NCBI GenBank assembly: GCA_018696595.1
Contig: JABHQW010000003.1
Coordinates: 64,001-128,000, forward strand
Source: Candidatus Woesearchaeota archaeon
Lineage (GTDB): Archaea > Nanobdellota > Nanobdellia > Woesearchaeales > GW2011-AR9
Length of the DNA stretch: 64,000 nucleotides
Direction: 5' to 3'
Below are positions 35,791 through 45,492 of the stretch, in pieces. The position numbers were made by a program, and so were the translations under genes. Each line of letters begins with the position of its first letter. Position 1 is the stretch's first letter. Below the pieces are notes generated by a model. The model was not told where the DNA came from. It did not search any database and worked only from the letters and a program-made list of their open reading frames with translations.

Positions 35791-37917
35791 ATGGAAAACA
35801 AATCGTTTAAAGAAATAGATGAACAAATTAAAGACACTTACTATAATTCAGAAGACAATCCCATTAAAAATTTTATGATTCCTGTTCTAAAGTGTTCTAA
35901 AATATATCGCCGCGAAACATACAGTTTTAATGCAGCTATATTTTCTTTGATTAGTGATGCTTTAGTTGATGTGTTTGAAAATGATTGTAAAATCCAGTAT
36001 ATTGTTGGCATGGAAATTAACGAAAAACATGAATTAGCAATTGAAAAAGGACTAGAAGATGAAGTAGGTCTTATTGAAAAACATTTAATTAATGATTTTG
36101 GGGACATTGAAAAATTTGTTGAAAAATTAAATAGTAAATATGAAAAAGAAAAAATAGAGAATAGGTTAAGAATGCTTAGTCTGATGATCTCAAAAGGAAT
36201 TTTAGAGATTAAAGTAGGATTTAAATGTAAAAGGGGAAAACCATTAGACCCTCGTTGGGCAAAATTCCACCCCAAAGTTATGATTTTTACTGATTTTGAA
36301 GGAAACTCAATTGTTACAAATGGATCACCTAATGAGAGCGAAGGTGGTGGAGACCGTAATGAAGAAGCATTTGATGTATTCAAAAGTTGGGACATTGGAT
36401 CCAAAAAATGGTTTGATAGACATTGGGCAAAGTTTGATGAATTTTGGGATAATACTAAGGAAAACGTAAAGACTATTGAAGTAAGTAAATTAATTGAAAG
36501 TAATGTTCTTAGAAAATATAGAAGTAGATCCAAAACTAAAGGAGAAATGATCAATATTGAAAAAGATTTAAACAAGCTGTTGGAAATGGAAAAAAAGGTG
36601 GATCAAACTGAAGAAAATATCCCTAAAGAATCAGGAGAGATAGAATTACGACATTACCAAAATGAGATTATTGATAATTGGTTTAAAGAAGACTCTAAAG
36701 GAATTTATGCACTTTGTACAGGAGCAGGTAAAAGTATTACTGCTATTCGCACTATTAAAAGATTATTGAAAAATCATCCTAAAACCATTACAATTATTGT
36801 TGCACCATATATCCCCCTTTGTGAACAATGGATACAAGTTTTAAAAACTGAGAATATAACCCCATTAATGGCATATAAGTCAATGGAATTATGGTATAAA
36901 TCATTAAAACATAAATTACTTTCATTTCAAATGGGTGGAACTGATTCGATATTTATTATCACAACAAATAAAACATACTCTAGTGATGAATTTCAAAATT
37001 TATTGAATAATTATTGGAAAAATTGTTTTTTAATAATCGATGAGTGCCATCATTTTGCTAGTACAACATACAGATCAACATTAAATGAGAGAATACAATT
37101 TAGGCTAGGTCTTTCAGCAACCCCGGAAAATGAGATGGACAGAGAGGGAAACATGGTGTTATATCGTTTTTTTAAGAAAAATATACCTCCTGAATATTCT
37201 TTAAAAGATGCTATCATTGAAGGTTACTTAAACAGATATGATTATTATCCAATAATTAATGAACTTGATGATCAAGAAAATGAAAATTTTGAGGAAATAA
37301 CTTTAAGAATATTAGCTGCTAAAAAAGATGGTGACTTTAAAAAAGTTGAAACCATATCTAAAGAAAGAGATGTTCTAATAGATACTTCGAAAACAAAAAT
37401 CCCAAATCTTTCAAGACTATTAGATCAGATTGAAGATTTATCACATTCGTTAATTTATTGTTCTGGAACTAAACAATTAGAACAAGTTTCAAGACTATTA
37501 AAGGAAAAAGGAATAAATTTTGGAAAAATTACTTCTGATGAAACCGCAAAAGAAAGATATAATATGATCGATCAATTTAAAAAAGGATTTATTAAACTTC
37601 TTTTGAGCATAAGAATACTTGATGAAGGTATAGATATTCCAGCAATTAAAACTGCAATGATATTAAAAAGTTCAGCAAGATCTCGACAAGCAATTCAGAG
37701 AAGGGGAAGATGTTTAAGATTATTAAAAGATGAATTTGGAGAGATAATTGATAAAAATGCTAGAATTTACGACTTTGTCACTTTGCCAAGGTCAAAATTA
37801 GATGTGGTTAAAGAATCATATGGTCTTGAAATAAAACGAATAATGGAATTCGTAACTTTATCAAACAATTCAAAAGAAGCAGAAAAGATTATAAAAGATC
37901 ACTTCCCTTATGTTTAA
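35791..37917 (+). CDS. pbeA: PbeA-like: PLD-type nuclease fused to SF2 DEAD/DEAH helicase
   Basis: FHPKVMIFTD + GSPN PLD motif; LRHYQ, CTGAGKS, IIDECHH, GLSATP, LDEGIDIP, QRRGRCLR; first gene of a four-gene block before dnd. Confidence 0.8.
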   Translation: MENKSFKEIDEQIKDTYYNSEDNPIKNFMIPVLKCSKIYRRETYSFNAAIFSLISDALVDVFENDCKIQYIVGMEINEKHELAIEKGLEDEVGLIEKHLINDFGDIEKFVEKLNSKYEKEKIENRLRMLSLMISKGILEIKVGFKCKRGKPLDPRWAKFHPKVMIFTDFEGNSIVTNGSPNESEGGGDRNEEAFDVFKSWDIGSKKWFDRHWAKFDEFWDNTKENVKTIEVSKLIESNVLRKYRSRSKTKGEMINIEKDLNKLLEMEKKVDQTEENIPKESGEIELRHYQNEIIDNWFKEDSKGIYALCTGAGKSITAIRTIKRLLKNHPKTITIIVAPYIPLCEQWIQVLKTENITPLMAYKSMELWYKSLKHKLLSFQMGGTDSIFIITTNKTYSSDEFQNLLNNYWKNCFLIIDECHHFASTTYRSTLNERIQFRLGLSATPENEMDREGNMVLYRFFKKNIPPEYSLKDAIIEGYLNRYDYYPIINELDDQENENFEEITLRILAAKKDGDFKKVETISKERDVLIDTSKTKIPNLSRLLDQIEDLSHSLIYCSGTKQLEQVSRLLKEKGINFGKITSDETAKERYNMIDQFKKGFIKLLLSIRILDEGIDIPAIKTAMILKSSARSRQAIQRRGRCLRLLKDEFGEIIDKNARIYDFVTLPRSKLDVVKESYGLEIKRIMEFVTLSNNSKEAEKIIKDHFPYV

Positions 37918-37922
37918 ATAAA

Positions 37923-38093
37923 ATGAAAGAAATTAAAAACATATTAGAGAATATGAAATGTCCTGAGGAGAATCAGATTTTACTTATTGAAACACTTAAG
38001 AGTTGTAAATATCATAGATCTGATAAGAATAATAAAGAAATAATCTTACAAATATATTCTACACTTAATAAATTGATGAAAAATGAAAATTAA
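37923..38093 (+). CDS. pbeB: PbeB-like small protein (56 aa), absent from the ORF track
   Basis: Hand translation MKEIKNILENMKCPEENQILLIETLKSCKYHRSDKNNKEIILQIYSTLNKLMKNEN*. It fills the pbeA-pbeC gap and overlaps the pbeC start by 11 nt. Assignment is positional only. Confidence 0.6.
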   Translation: MKEIKNILENMKCPEENQILLIETLKSCKYHRSDKNNKEIILQIYSTLNKLMKNEN

Positions 38094-40101
38094 AGAAATG
38101 AAATTGAAGAATTTCAAAGCATATCGTAATGAAGAACTAAAATTCAGTACAGATAAGGAAAAAAATGTCACATTAATTTATGGTGTTAATGGAGCGGGTA
38201 AAACTTCTTTTTTTCAGGCATTGAATTGGGGTTTATATGGGTATGATGTGATTGGTACAAACAACACAATCTCCTCAATGAAAACAATTGCAGGAAAATA
38301 TTTATTGGATGAATTATCTGAAGGAGAAACTGAAGAAGTAAAAATTGAAATTCAATTTGAAAACGATGGATATGATTATACATTAACAAGGATTGCACAT
38401 TTTATTAAAAAAAATAATGAGCTTTCTTACTTAATGAAAAATGATTTCCTGAGTTTGTACTATGTCTCTGATATGGGTAAACCAAGTATGATTAAAAATG
38501 ACTCATTGGATCAAGAACAAAAAATATCAAGAATCATAAACAACGTTCTTCCTTTCGGTTCTAGAGAGTACTTTTTATTTGATGGTGAAAATTTAGCTAA
38601 TTACTCAGAAGCCAATAAACACCAATGTCTCGAAATTAAAAATGCAATTAGACAAGTATTAGGGTTAGATGACTTTGATATTGCTATTAAAAATATAAAA
38701 GCGGTTAATGATCAATTAAGAAAAGATTTCGAGAAAAAAGAATGTTCTGAAAAGATAAATGACACCAATAATGTGATTGGAGATTACCAGGAAAGACAAA
38801 CAAAAATTAGCAAAGAAGTAATTTCTCAGAGATATTTATTAAAAGAAAAGAATACTGAATTTACAAAAAATGAAGATTTATTGAAATCTTTTCATCAAGA
38901 AATAGAAAAAATAGAAAAAAGAAGTGAAATTGAAAAAGAAATTGAATCAATTAAAATTACACTTTCCTTAAATTTAAAAGAATTAAGGTCTGTTTTGACT
39001 CAAGGTTATATGTGTTATTCAGAATCAATCCAAACAGAATGTTTTAATTTGCTAACATCATGGAGAAAACAAAATAAATTTCCAACTAAATATTATAATC
39101 TTGATTTTGTAAAAAATATTATCCAAAATAAAAAATGTTTTTTTTGGGATTTTGAAGAAAATAGTGAAGAACATAAATTCTTTTTAAAAGAAGAAGAAAA
39201 ATTACAAAATTGGGGACATAATATTCAAAATGATCTAACTGATTTTTATGGTAAAGTTTCTTCATTAAAAATAGGATCAAAAAGTTTAATTAAAGATATA
39301 AGTGAACAACATAAAGTATATGTACAAACTGAAACAAAATTTAGAGAACATATTCTTGCTCACGAGGAAATTAACAAAGAAATAAAATCCAAAATAACCG
39401 ATAAAGAAATTCAAGAATGTAATAATAAAAGAGAAATCATTCAAAATGAGATTCTTAAAGTTAGTACAAACATTAAATCACTTACTGAACAATCTATACT
39501 TTTTGAAGAAGAGATTAGAAAAGCAAATTCCCTCTTAAACTCTATGAAAAGTAAAACTGTAGAGGGAAAGAAAATTCAAGATAAAAAGAAATTAATAACT
39601 GAATCAATTTATTGGTTAAAACAATTATATGAACACTATTCTCAAATTAAACGACAAGAAGTTGAGAAACACATGCAAGACTTATTTAGAAATATTCTTT
39701 GGAAAAAACAACACTACCAGGATGCTAAACTAACCTCAGATTATAAATTAACATTACCTGACAAATGGGGAGATGCCGGAGAAGATCTGGTTTCAAAAGG
39801 AGAAGGCCAAGTATTAATATTAAGTTTTGTGGCAGCATTAGCAAAGTCTACAAATGATGAAGCACCATTTATTATTGATACTCCTTTTGCAAGAATTTCA
39901 ATAGAACCTACAATTAATATTGCAAAATTCTTACCAGAGCAAGTTTCACAATTAGTTCTTTTTGTTACTGATAAAGAATTAACTACCGAATCTGAAAGAT
40001 TATTTACTGAAAAAACCCAATATGTTTGGACAATAAAGTTTAATGAGGAAAATTCAGAAACAAATATTATAAATGGCAAACAAGTCAAAACAGAATATTA
40101 A
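38083..40101 (+). CDS. pbeC: PbeC-like SMC/Rad50-type ATPase
   Basis: GVNGAGKT, FLFDGE, long coiled coil, signature VSKGE, Walker B FIIDTPFARIS. Confidence 0.8.
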   Translation: MKIKEMKLKNFKAYRNEELKFSTDKEKNVTLIYGVNGAGKTSFFQALNWGLYGYDVIGTNNTISSMKTIAGKYLLDELSEGETEEVKIEIQFENDGYDYTLTRIAHFIKKNNELSYLMKNDFLSLYYVSDMGKPSMIKNDSLDQEQKISRIINNVLPFGSREYFLFDGENLANYSEANKHQCLEIKNAIRQVLGLDDFDIAIKNIKAVNDQLRKDFEKKECSEKINDTNNVIGDYQERQTKISKEVISQRYLLKEKNTEFTKNEDLLKSFHQEIEKIEKRSEIEKEIESIKITLSLNLKELRSVLTQGYMCYSESIQTECFNLLTSWRKQNKFPTKYYNLDFVKNIIQNKKCFFWDFEENSEEHKFFLKEEEKLQNWGHNIQNDLTDFYGKVSSLKIGSKSLIKDISEQHKVYVQTETKFREHILAHEEINKEIKSKITDKEIQECNNKREIIQNEILKVSTNIKSLTEQSILFEEEIRKANSLLNSMKSKTVEGKKIQDKKKLITESIYWLKQLYEHYSQIKRQEVEKHMQDLFRNILWKKQHYQDAKLTSDYKLTLPDKWGDAGEDLVSKGEGQVLILSFVAALAKSTNDEAPFIIDTPFARISIEPTINIAKFLPEQVSQLVLFVTDKELTTESERLFTEKTQYVWTIKFNEENSETNIINGKQVKTEY

Positions 40102-40108
40102 ATAGAAG

Positions 40109-40549
40109 ATGAATCAATCAAGAAACCCACCCATCCACATTAATGAAAAGTTTAATATGAGATATAGTCTTTACTCTAATCCACAACACAAAAGAAACAC
40201 TGATGAAAAGGAGTTATTATTTTTCTCTAGGATGGTTGATTTATTTATGTTAGCTACAATTCATGGCTTTAAAGAAGGATTAAGAATTCCCTTTGAAAAA
40301 CCAAGTGAAAAAACTGATATTTTCAAATGGAGCAATTTTAAAGACGAAGATTTGACAATTATTAAATCAATAGGATTATTAGAGCTTATTAGAATTGGAA
40401 ATGAGGATCCGAACATTATTAATGATAAATCAAGAATGGTTGAAATAATTCAAGAATATGCTAATGGGGGATTTCAAGATTTAATGGAAATATTAGAAGA
40501 GAACCCTGACTTTGAAGGAAATTTCATTTCATTAATACTAACAAAATAA
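40109..40549 (+). CDS. pbeD: PbeD-like protein
   Basis: Helical 146-aa ORF (F....DLFMLA...G, IQEYANGG) in fourth position of the block; assignment mainly positional. Confidence 0.6.
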   Translation: MNQSRNPPIHINEKFNMRYSLYSNPQHKRNTDEKELLFFSRMVDLFMLATIHGFKEGLRIPFEKPSEKTDIFKWSNFKDEDLTIIKSIGLLELIRIGNEDPNIINDKSRMVEIIQEYANGGFQDLMEILEENPDFEGNFISLILTK

Positions 40550-40669
40550 TTTAGTAACTCAAATAAACCACTAATTGGATTACGTTTAATCCGTTCAAAA
40601 GGAAGTCTATTTTATTCACTTGGAAGTTAAACTGAAAGTTTATATATCATTTAATTCTTAGAACTTTTT

Positions 40670-41779
40670 ATGGTGATAAAAAAAGAGGTTAGTTCAAATG
40701 CTTTCTCATTTACTGCATTAAGAGGCATTCAGTCTGGAAGAGAATATTATGTTGCAATGTGTCCATTAAGATTAATTCCTAGAATATTCTTATTTAACGA
40801 AATGGAAATCCCCCCCCATATGAGGGCACAAAGAACTCTTAATAAAGCAAGAGTTCCTGAAATGGCTTCATATATGATTAAAAATAATGATTATATTTTT
40901 TCATCTATTACTGCATCTATAGATGGAGAGATTCTATTTGAACCGATTGAGGATACTGGTCATAAATCTAAAATGGGAACTCTGAGCGTTCCTATGAGTG
41001 CTAGATTTTTAATTAATGATGGGCAGCATAGAAGAGCAGCAATAGAAAAAGCTTTAGCAGAGAAGCCAGAATTAGGTTCTGAAACAATCTCTGTAGTGTT
41101 CTTCCTTGATGCTGGATTGAAACGTAGCCAACAAATGTTTGCAGATCTTAATAAAAATGCGGTAAAACCTACAACTTCATTAAATATTTTATATAATCAT
41201 AGAGATGAGTTTTCAAGATCCATTATTTCACAATTAAATAATATACCTATTTTTGGAAATCAGTTAACTGAATTAGAAAAAACATCTATTTCAAATAGAG
41301 CCAAAAAGGTTTTCACTCTAAATAGTATTTATCATTCAACAAAATCATTTTTAGGTAAAAAAGAAAAAACCCCAGTTATATCTAATGATGAAAAGAAATT
41401 GGTTTCTGAGTTTTGGAATGAAGTTCATAATAATATTTCTGAATGGCAAGATGTTGTTAATGATAAGATCACTCCTTATGGATTGAGACAAGATTATGTT
41501 CATGTTTCCGGTGTTGTTCTTCATGCTATAGGTAGAATGGGTCATAAACTAATAAAAGATTATCCCAATAATTGGAAAATAAAACTAAAAAATCTTCAAC
41601 AAATTGATTGGAAAAAATCAAATCCCATTTGGGAAGGAAGAGCCATGCAAAATGGAAGATTAAGTAAAGTAAATACCAATTTGATTTTAACAAGTAATTA
41701 TCTTAAACAGCAAATGGAAGTTCCATTAAGTAAAGCAGAGATTGAAATTGAAAAAATAATAACAGGCGGATCAAAATAG
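40670..41779 (+). CDS. dndB: DNA sulfur modification protein DndB (DGQHR domain)
   Basis: RAQRTLNKARV, FSSITAS, LINDGQHRRAAI, QQMFADLN; own TTTATATA promoter. Confidence 0.9.
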   Translation: MVIKKEVSSNAFSFTALRGIQSGREYYVAMCPLRLIPRIFLFNEMEIPPHMRAQRTLNKARVPEMASYMIKNNDYIFSSITASIDGEILFEPIEDTGHKSKMGTLSVPMSARFLINDGQHRRAAIEKALAEKPELGSETISVVFFLDAGLKRSQQMFADLNKNAVKPTTSLNILYNHRDEFSRSIISQLNNIPIFGNQLTELEKTSISNRAKKVFTLNSIYHSTKSFLGKKEKTPVISNDEKKLVSEFWNEVHNNISEWQDVVNDKITPYGLRQDYVHVSGVVLHAIGRMGHKLIKDYPNNWKIKLKNLQQIDWKKSNPIWEGRAMQNGRLSKVNTNLILTSNYLKQQMEVPLSKAEIEIEKIITGGSK

Positions 41780-43179
41780 TTAAAGAATCTATATTTAAAA
41801 GTAGAAAATTAAAAGACATTCACAAAGAGATACAAACGGTTTATTTAAGTGATGATAGACCTTGGGTTATTGGATTTAGTGGAGGAAAAGATTCTACAGT
41901 TATTTTACAACTAATTTGGTATGCATTATCCGAATTACCAAAAAATAAATTAAAAAAAACTATACATGTTATTTCTTCAAATACTTTAGTAGAATCACCT
42001 ATTTTAATTAATTATGTTGGAAAGATTCATAAGTTGATCAATAGCAAAGCAAAAGAGCAAGGGATTCCAATTACTGCCACACACATTTTTCCCAAAGTAG
42101 AAGACACTTTTTGGGTTAATTTAATTGGAAAAGGTTATCCTGCACCAACAAGAATGTTTAGATGGTGTACAGAAAGGTTAAAAATTAAACCCGCTGATGA
42201 GTTTATTTTTAATACAGTAAGTAAGTATGGTGAAGCAATCGTTGTTTTAGGAGTTCGTAAAGAGGAAAGTACTTCAAGAGAACAAAGTATGAATACTTAT
42301 AAAATTCAAGGTTCTTTGTTATCAAAGCATTCAAAATTCTCACAGGCGTATGTTTATACCCCCATTGAAGAATTTACTGTGGATGATGTTTGGTCATATT
42401 TATTACAAAAAAAGTCTCCTTGGGGAGCTAATAATAGGGAACTATTAACAATGTATTCTGATAAGAATAGTGGAGAATGTCCATTAGTAGTAGATAATAC
42501 TTCTCCTAGTTGTGGTGGGTCTAGATTTGGTTGTTGGACTTGTACATTGGTTAAAAAAGATAAATCAATGGATAATCTAATCTCTAGTGGTGAAAAATGG
42601 ATGCAACCTTTGTCTGATTTTAGAGTTAAACTATATGAAACAACAGATCCTGAAAAAAAGTATAAATTTAGAGATTTTAAGAGTAGAAGAGGTTTTGTAA
42701 GGTTAAAAAATGATGGAAGCGGAAAAATTGCTAGAGGCCCATACAAATTCTCTTATTGTAAGGAATTGTTATTAGAATTATTAAAAATTCAAATGAAATT
42801 TAATGAACAAGGGATTGATTTTCAGGTAATTAATGAAAATGAGATTCATGAAATTAGGAAAATTTGGCGTAATGAAAGAAATGATTGGGAAGACTCAATT
42901 CCAAAAATGTATGAATCAGTATTAGGGAAAAGCCTTAATTGGGTTCAAGATGATTTCGGGGAATTTTCGGTTTCTGAAAGAGAATTATTGAAAAGAATCT
43001 GTGAAAAAAATAATGTCTCAACAGATCTAATATTAGAATTATTAGATGTAGAAAAACAATTCCAAGGAATGACCCGTAGAGCAAATATTTATGCCAAACT
43101 AGGATCGACATTAAAAAAAGAATGGAGGTCTGAAGAAGAATTTTTAGATTCTTTAAAAAAGAAAAATGAAAATAAATGA
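41776..43179 (+). CDS. dndC: DndC (PAPS-reductase-like sulfurtransferase); probable non-canonical ATA start
   Basis: The frame is open from 41752 and contains RPWVIGFSGGKDST upstream of the track's TTG 42034. Also GYPAP..RWCT..LKI, GVRKEES.SR, RFGCWTCT and GPY. Confidence 0.9.
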   Translation: MVKESIFKSRKLKDIHKEIQTVYLSDDRPWVIGFSGGKDSTVILQLIWYALSELPKNKLKKTIHVISSNTLVESPILINYVGKIHKLINSKAKEQGIPITATHIFPKVEDTFWVNLIGKGYPAPTRMFRWCTERLKIKPADEFIFNTVSKYGEAIVVLGVRKEESTSREQSMNTYKIQGSLLSKHSKFSQAYVYTPIEEFTVDDVWSYLLQKKSPWGANNRELLTMYSDKNSGECPLVVDNTSPSCGGSRFGCWTCTLVKKDKSMDNLISSGEKWMQPLSDFRVKLYETTDPEKKYKFRDFKSRRGFVRLKNDGSGKIARGPYKFSYCKELLLELLKIQMKFNEQGIDFQVINENEIHEIRKIWRNERNDWEDSIPKMYESVLGKSLNWVQDDFGEFSVSERELLKRICEKNNVSTDLILELLDVEKQFQGMTRRANIYAKLGSTLKKEWRSEEEFLDSLKKKNENK

Positions 43180-45130
43180 AGTTAAATTAAATAATTATGG
43201 CCTGTATCATGGCACTCAAACTTTTGATCTTAGAACTACTGGTTCTAAAAATATAATCCTAATTGGTGGAGAGAATGGGCATGGTAAAACAACTTTATTT
43301 GATGCCATAAAACTCGCACTATATGGAAAGAAGTCCGCAGATTTTAGTTTAACTAATCAAGAATATCAAGAATTATTATTCAGTAAAATTCATGACTCTG
43401 CTAGTGTTGAATCGGCAGATCATGCTGGAATAGAAGTGGAATTTGAACATTCAGTTCTAGGAGAAATTAATAAATATCGAATTAAGCGATTTTGGAATGT
43501 ACGTAACAATAAAATTATTGAAGATTTTGAAGTTTCCCAGAATGGAAAAACTCTGGATGATTTCTCTTTTGAACAATGGGAAGATTTTATTAATGACTTA
43601 ATTCCTCAAGGATTGGCAAAATTATTCTTTTTTGATGGAGAAAAAATACAAAATTTAGCAGAAGATAAAAATAATCAATATTTATCTGATGCATTTAAAA
43701 GTTTATTAGGTATAGATTTAATTGAAAAATTAAAAGCTGACCTTAGAATATATTTAATTCGGAATACAAACGGGAAAGAATCTTCTGACATTGAAAAAGA
43801 AGTAACTAAATTAAATAAAAATAAAATCATTTTATCAAAACAAATTGATGGTATAGACTCAAATATTGAGAAAAATGATTTATTTTTGAAAAAAAACATC
43901 AAACAAATAAAATATCTTGAGAATGCACTCTCTGTAAAAGGGGGGAATTTTGCTCGTGATCGTGATTCTTTGAAACAAAAATCAAACGAATTGGATGTTA
44001 AAATTAATTTTTGTGAAGAAAAAATACGTTCAATGTGTAATGAACAATTACCTTTTATTTTTTCTCCAAAATTAAATTTATCTCTTTTAACTAGATTAAA
44101 AGTTGAAAGAGAGTCAAAACACAACCAAATTGCTTTTGATAAGGTGATCTCTGCCATAAAAGAAATAAAAAATGAATTAGTTAGCAGTAAGAAAAATGAT
44201 AAATCAGTTTTGAATATTTTGGATAACAAAATTAAAAGCTTCAATATTGAAGGAGACCAAAATGAAGTTCACAAAATATCAGATAGTCACTTTTTTAGAC
44301 TTACAAATTTAATTGGAACAGATATTGATGAAACCAAAAAAGGATTTATTAATTTAGTTAAGGACCACGAACAATTAACTTATAAAAAAACAAAATTAGT
44401 AAAACAATTAGGAATTGTCCCTGATGAATTGGATCTAAAGCCTTACTTTGAAAAATTAGGTAAGTGTAATAAAAAATTAGGAGAATTTAATTCATTTAAA
44501 AAACAGTTGTTAGAAAAGAAAAAAACTTTTGATTTCAAAATAAATCAGTTAGAAAGAGACATTGATAAAAAAATTGATATGATCAGGACAATTAATAAGA
44601 AAGATGAAATTATCCAATCAATAAGCAAGGTAGAATCTGTTTTAACTGAATATCATGGTAAATTGCATGATTTTAAAATGAAAGAATTTTCTAAATATTT
44701 TCTTATGTGTTTTGATAGTATATCTAAGAAGAAGAACATTTTTTCAAAAGTAGAATTAGATCCTAAAACATTTAATGTTTATTTATGGAAATATAGTAAT
44801 AATAAGAGGATCTCAAAGAATCAACTTTCTACAGGAGAAAAACAATTATATGCTATTGCTGTTTTATGGACATTAATAAAAATATCTCAAAGACCTCTTC
44901 CTTTTATTATTGATACTCCCTTAGCCAGACTTGATGTTAAAAATAGGAATAATATTGTCAATAATTTTTTTCCCAATGCAAGTCATCAAATCATTATCCT
45001 CTCAACAGATACTGAAATTGATCAGAATTATCATGGTATTCTGAAAAATAAAATTTCAAGAGAGATGGTTTTAGATTTTAATGATGAGAAAACAAGAATA
45101 ATTCCTGGTTATTTTTGGGGTGAAAAATGA
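43166..45130 (+). CDS. dndD: DndD (SMC-like ATPase)
   Basis: GGENGHGKTTL, LALYG, FFFDGEKI, LSTGEKQL, IIDTPLARLD, QIIILSTDTEI. Confidence 0.93.
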   Translation: MKINEVKLNNYGLYHGTQTFDLRTTGSKNIILIGGENGHGKTTLFDAIKLALYGKKSADFSLTNQEYQELLFSKIHDSASVESADHAGIEVEFEHSVLGEINKYRIKRFWNVRNNKIIEDFEVSQNGKTLDDFSFEQWEDFINDLIPQGLAKLFFFDGEKIQNLAEDKNNQYLSDAFKSLLGIDLIEKLKADLRIYLIRNTNGKESSDIEKEVTKLNKNKIILSKQIDGIDSNIEKNDLFLKKNIKQIKYLENALSVKGGNFARDRDSLKQKSNELDVKINFCEEKIRSMCNEQLPFIFSPKLNLSLLTRLKVERESKHNQIAFDKVISAIKEIKNELVSSKKNDKSVLNILDNKIKSFNIEGDQNEVHKISDSHFFRLTNLIGTDIDETKKGFINLVKDHEQLTYKKTKLVKQLGIVPDELDLKPYFEKLGKCNKKLGEFNSFKKQLLEKKKTFDFKINQLERDIDKKIDMIRTINKKDEIIQSISKVESVLTEYHGKLHDFKMKEFSKYFLMCFDSISKKKNIFSKVELDPKTFNVYLWKYSNNKRISKNQLSTGEKQLYAIAVLWTLIKISQRPLPFIIDTPLARLDVKNRNNIVNNFFPNASHQIIILSTDTEIDQNYHGILKNKISREMVLDFNDEKTRIIPGYFWGEK

Positions 45131-45492
45131 ATGACTTTACTAGAATGAGAATATCTAATGATGCTACTTTCAAATTACGCTCTTTAAAACAAAGAACAGG
45201 ATTAACTCCAAATTTATTGTGTAGGGTTGGTTTATGTTTCTCATTGGAAAATGACCTACAAAATGATCTGGTTCCCTTAGATGAAGATGGGCAAGAGTTT
45301 AATCGTCAAACTTTATTGGGTGAAAATGACTTATTTTTTATTTCACTCATTAAGGAAAAATGTGCTTTAATGGGATTAGATTCTGAAAAAGATTTTATGC
45401 AACAATTTAAGTATCATTTGAATAATGGGATTTTAGTCTTACATGGAAGGGTTAAAAGTTTAACTGATTTAACAAACCTTATTGAAAAATGA
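45127..45492 (+). CDS. dndE: DndE
   Basis: RTGLTPNLLCR..LCFSL, GQEFNRQTLLGE; ATGA overlap with dndD. Confidence 0.9.
   Translation: MNDFTRMRISNDATFKLRSLKQRTGLTPNLLCRVGLCFSLENDLQNDLVPLDEDGQEFNRQTLLGENDLFFISLIKEKCALMGLDSEKDFMQQFKYHLNNGILVLHGRVKSLTDLTNLIEK

Noticed and set aside
40577-40592. GGATTA-CGTT-TAATCC inverted repeat before dndB as a DndB operator
   Set aside because: A single 6-bp-arm palindrome that could equally be a pbeD terminator hairpin; not enough evidence to call.
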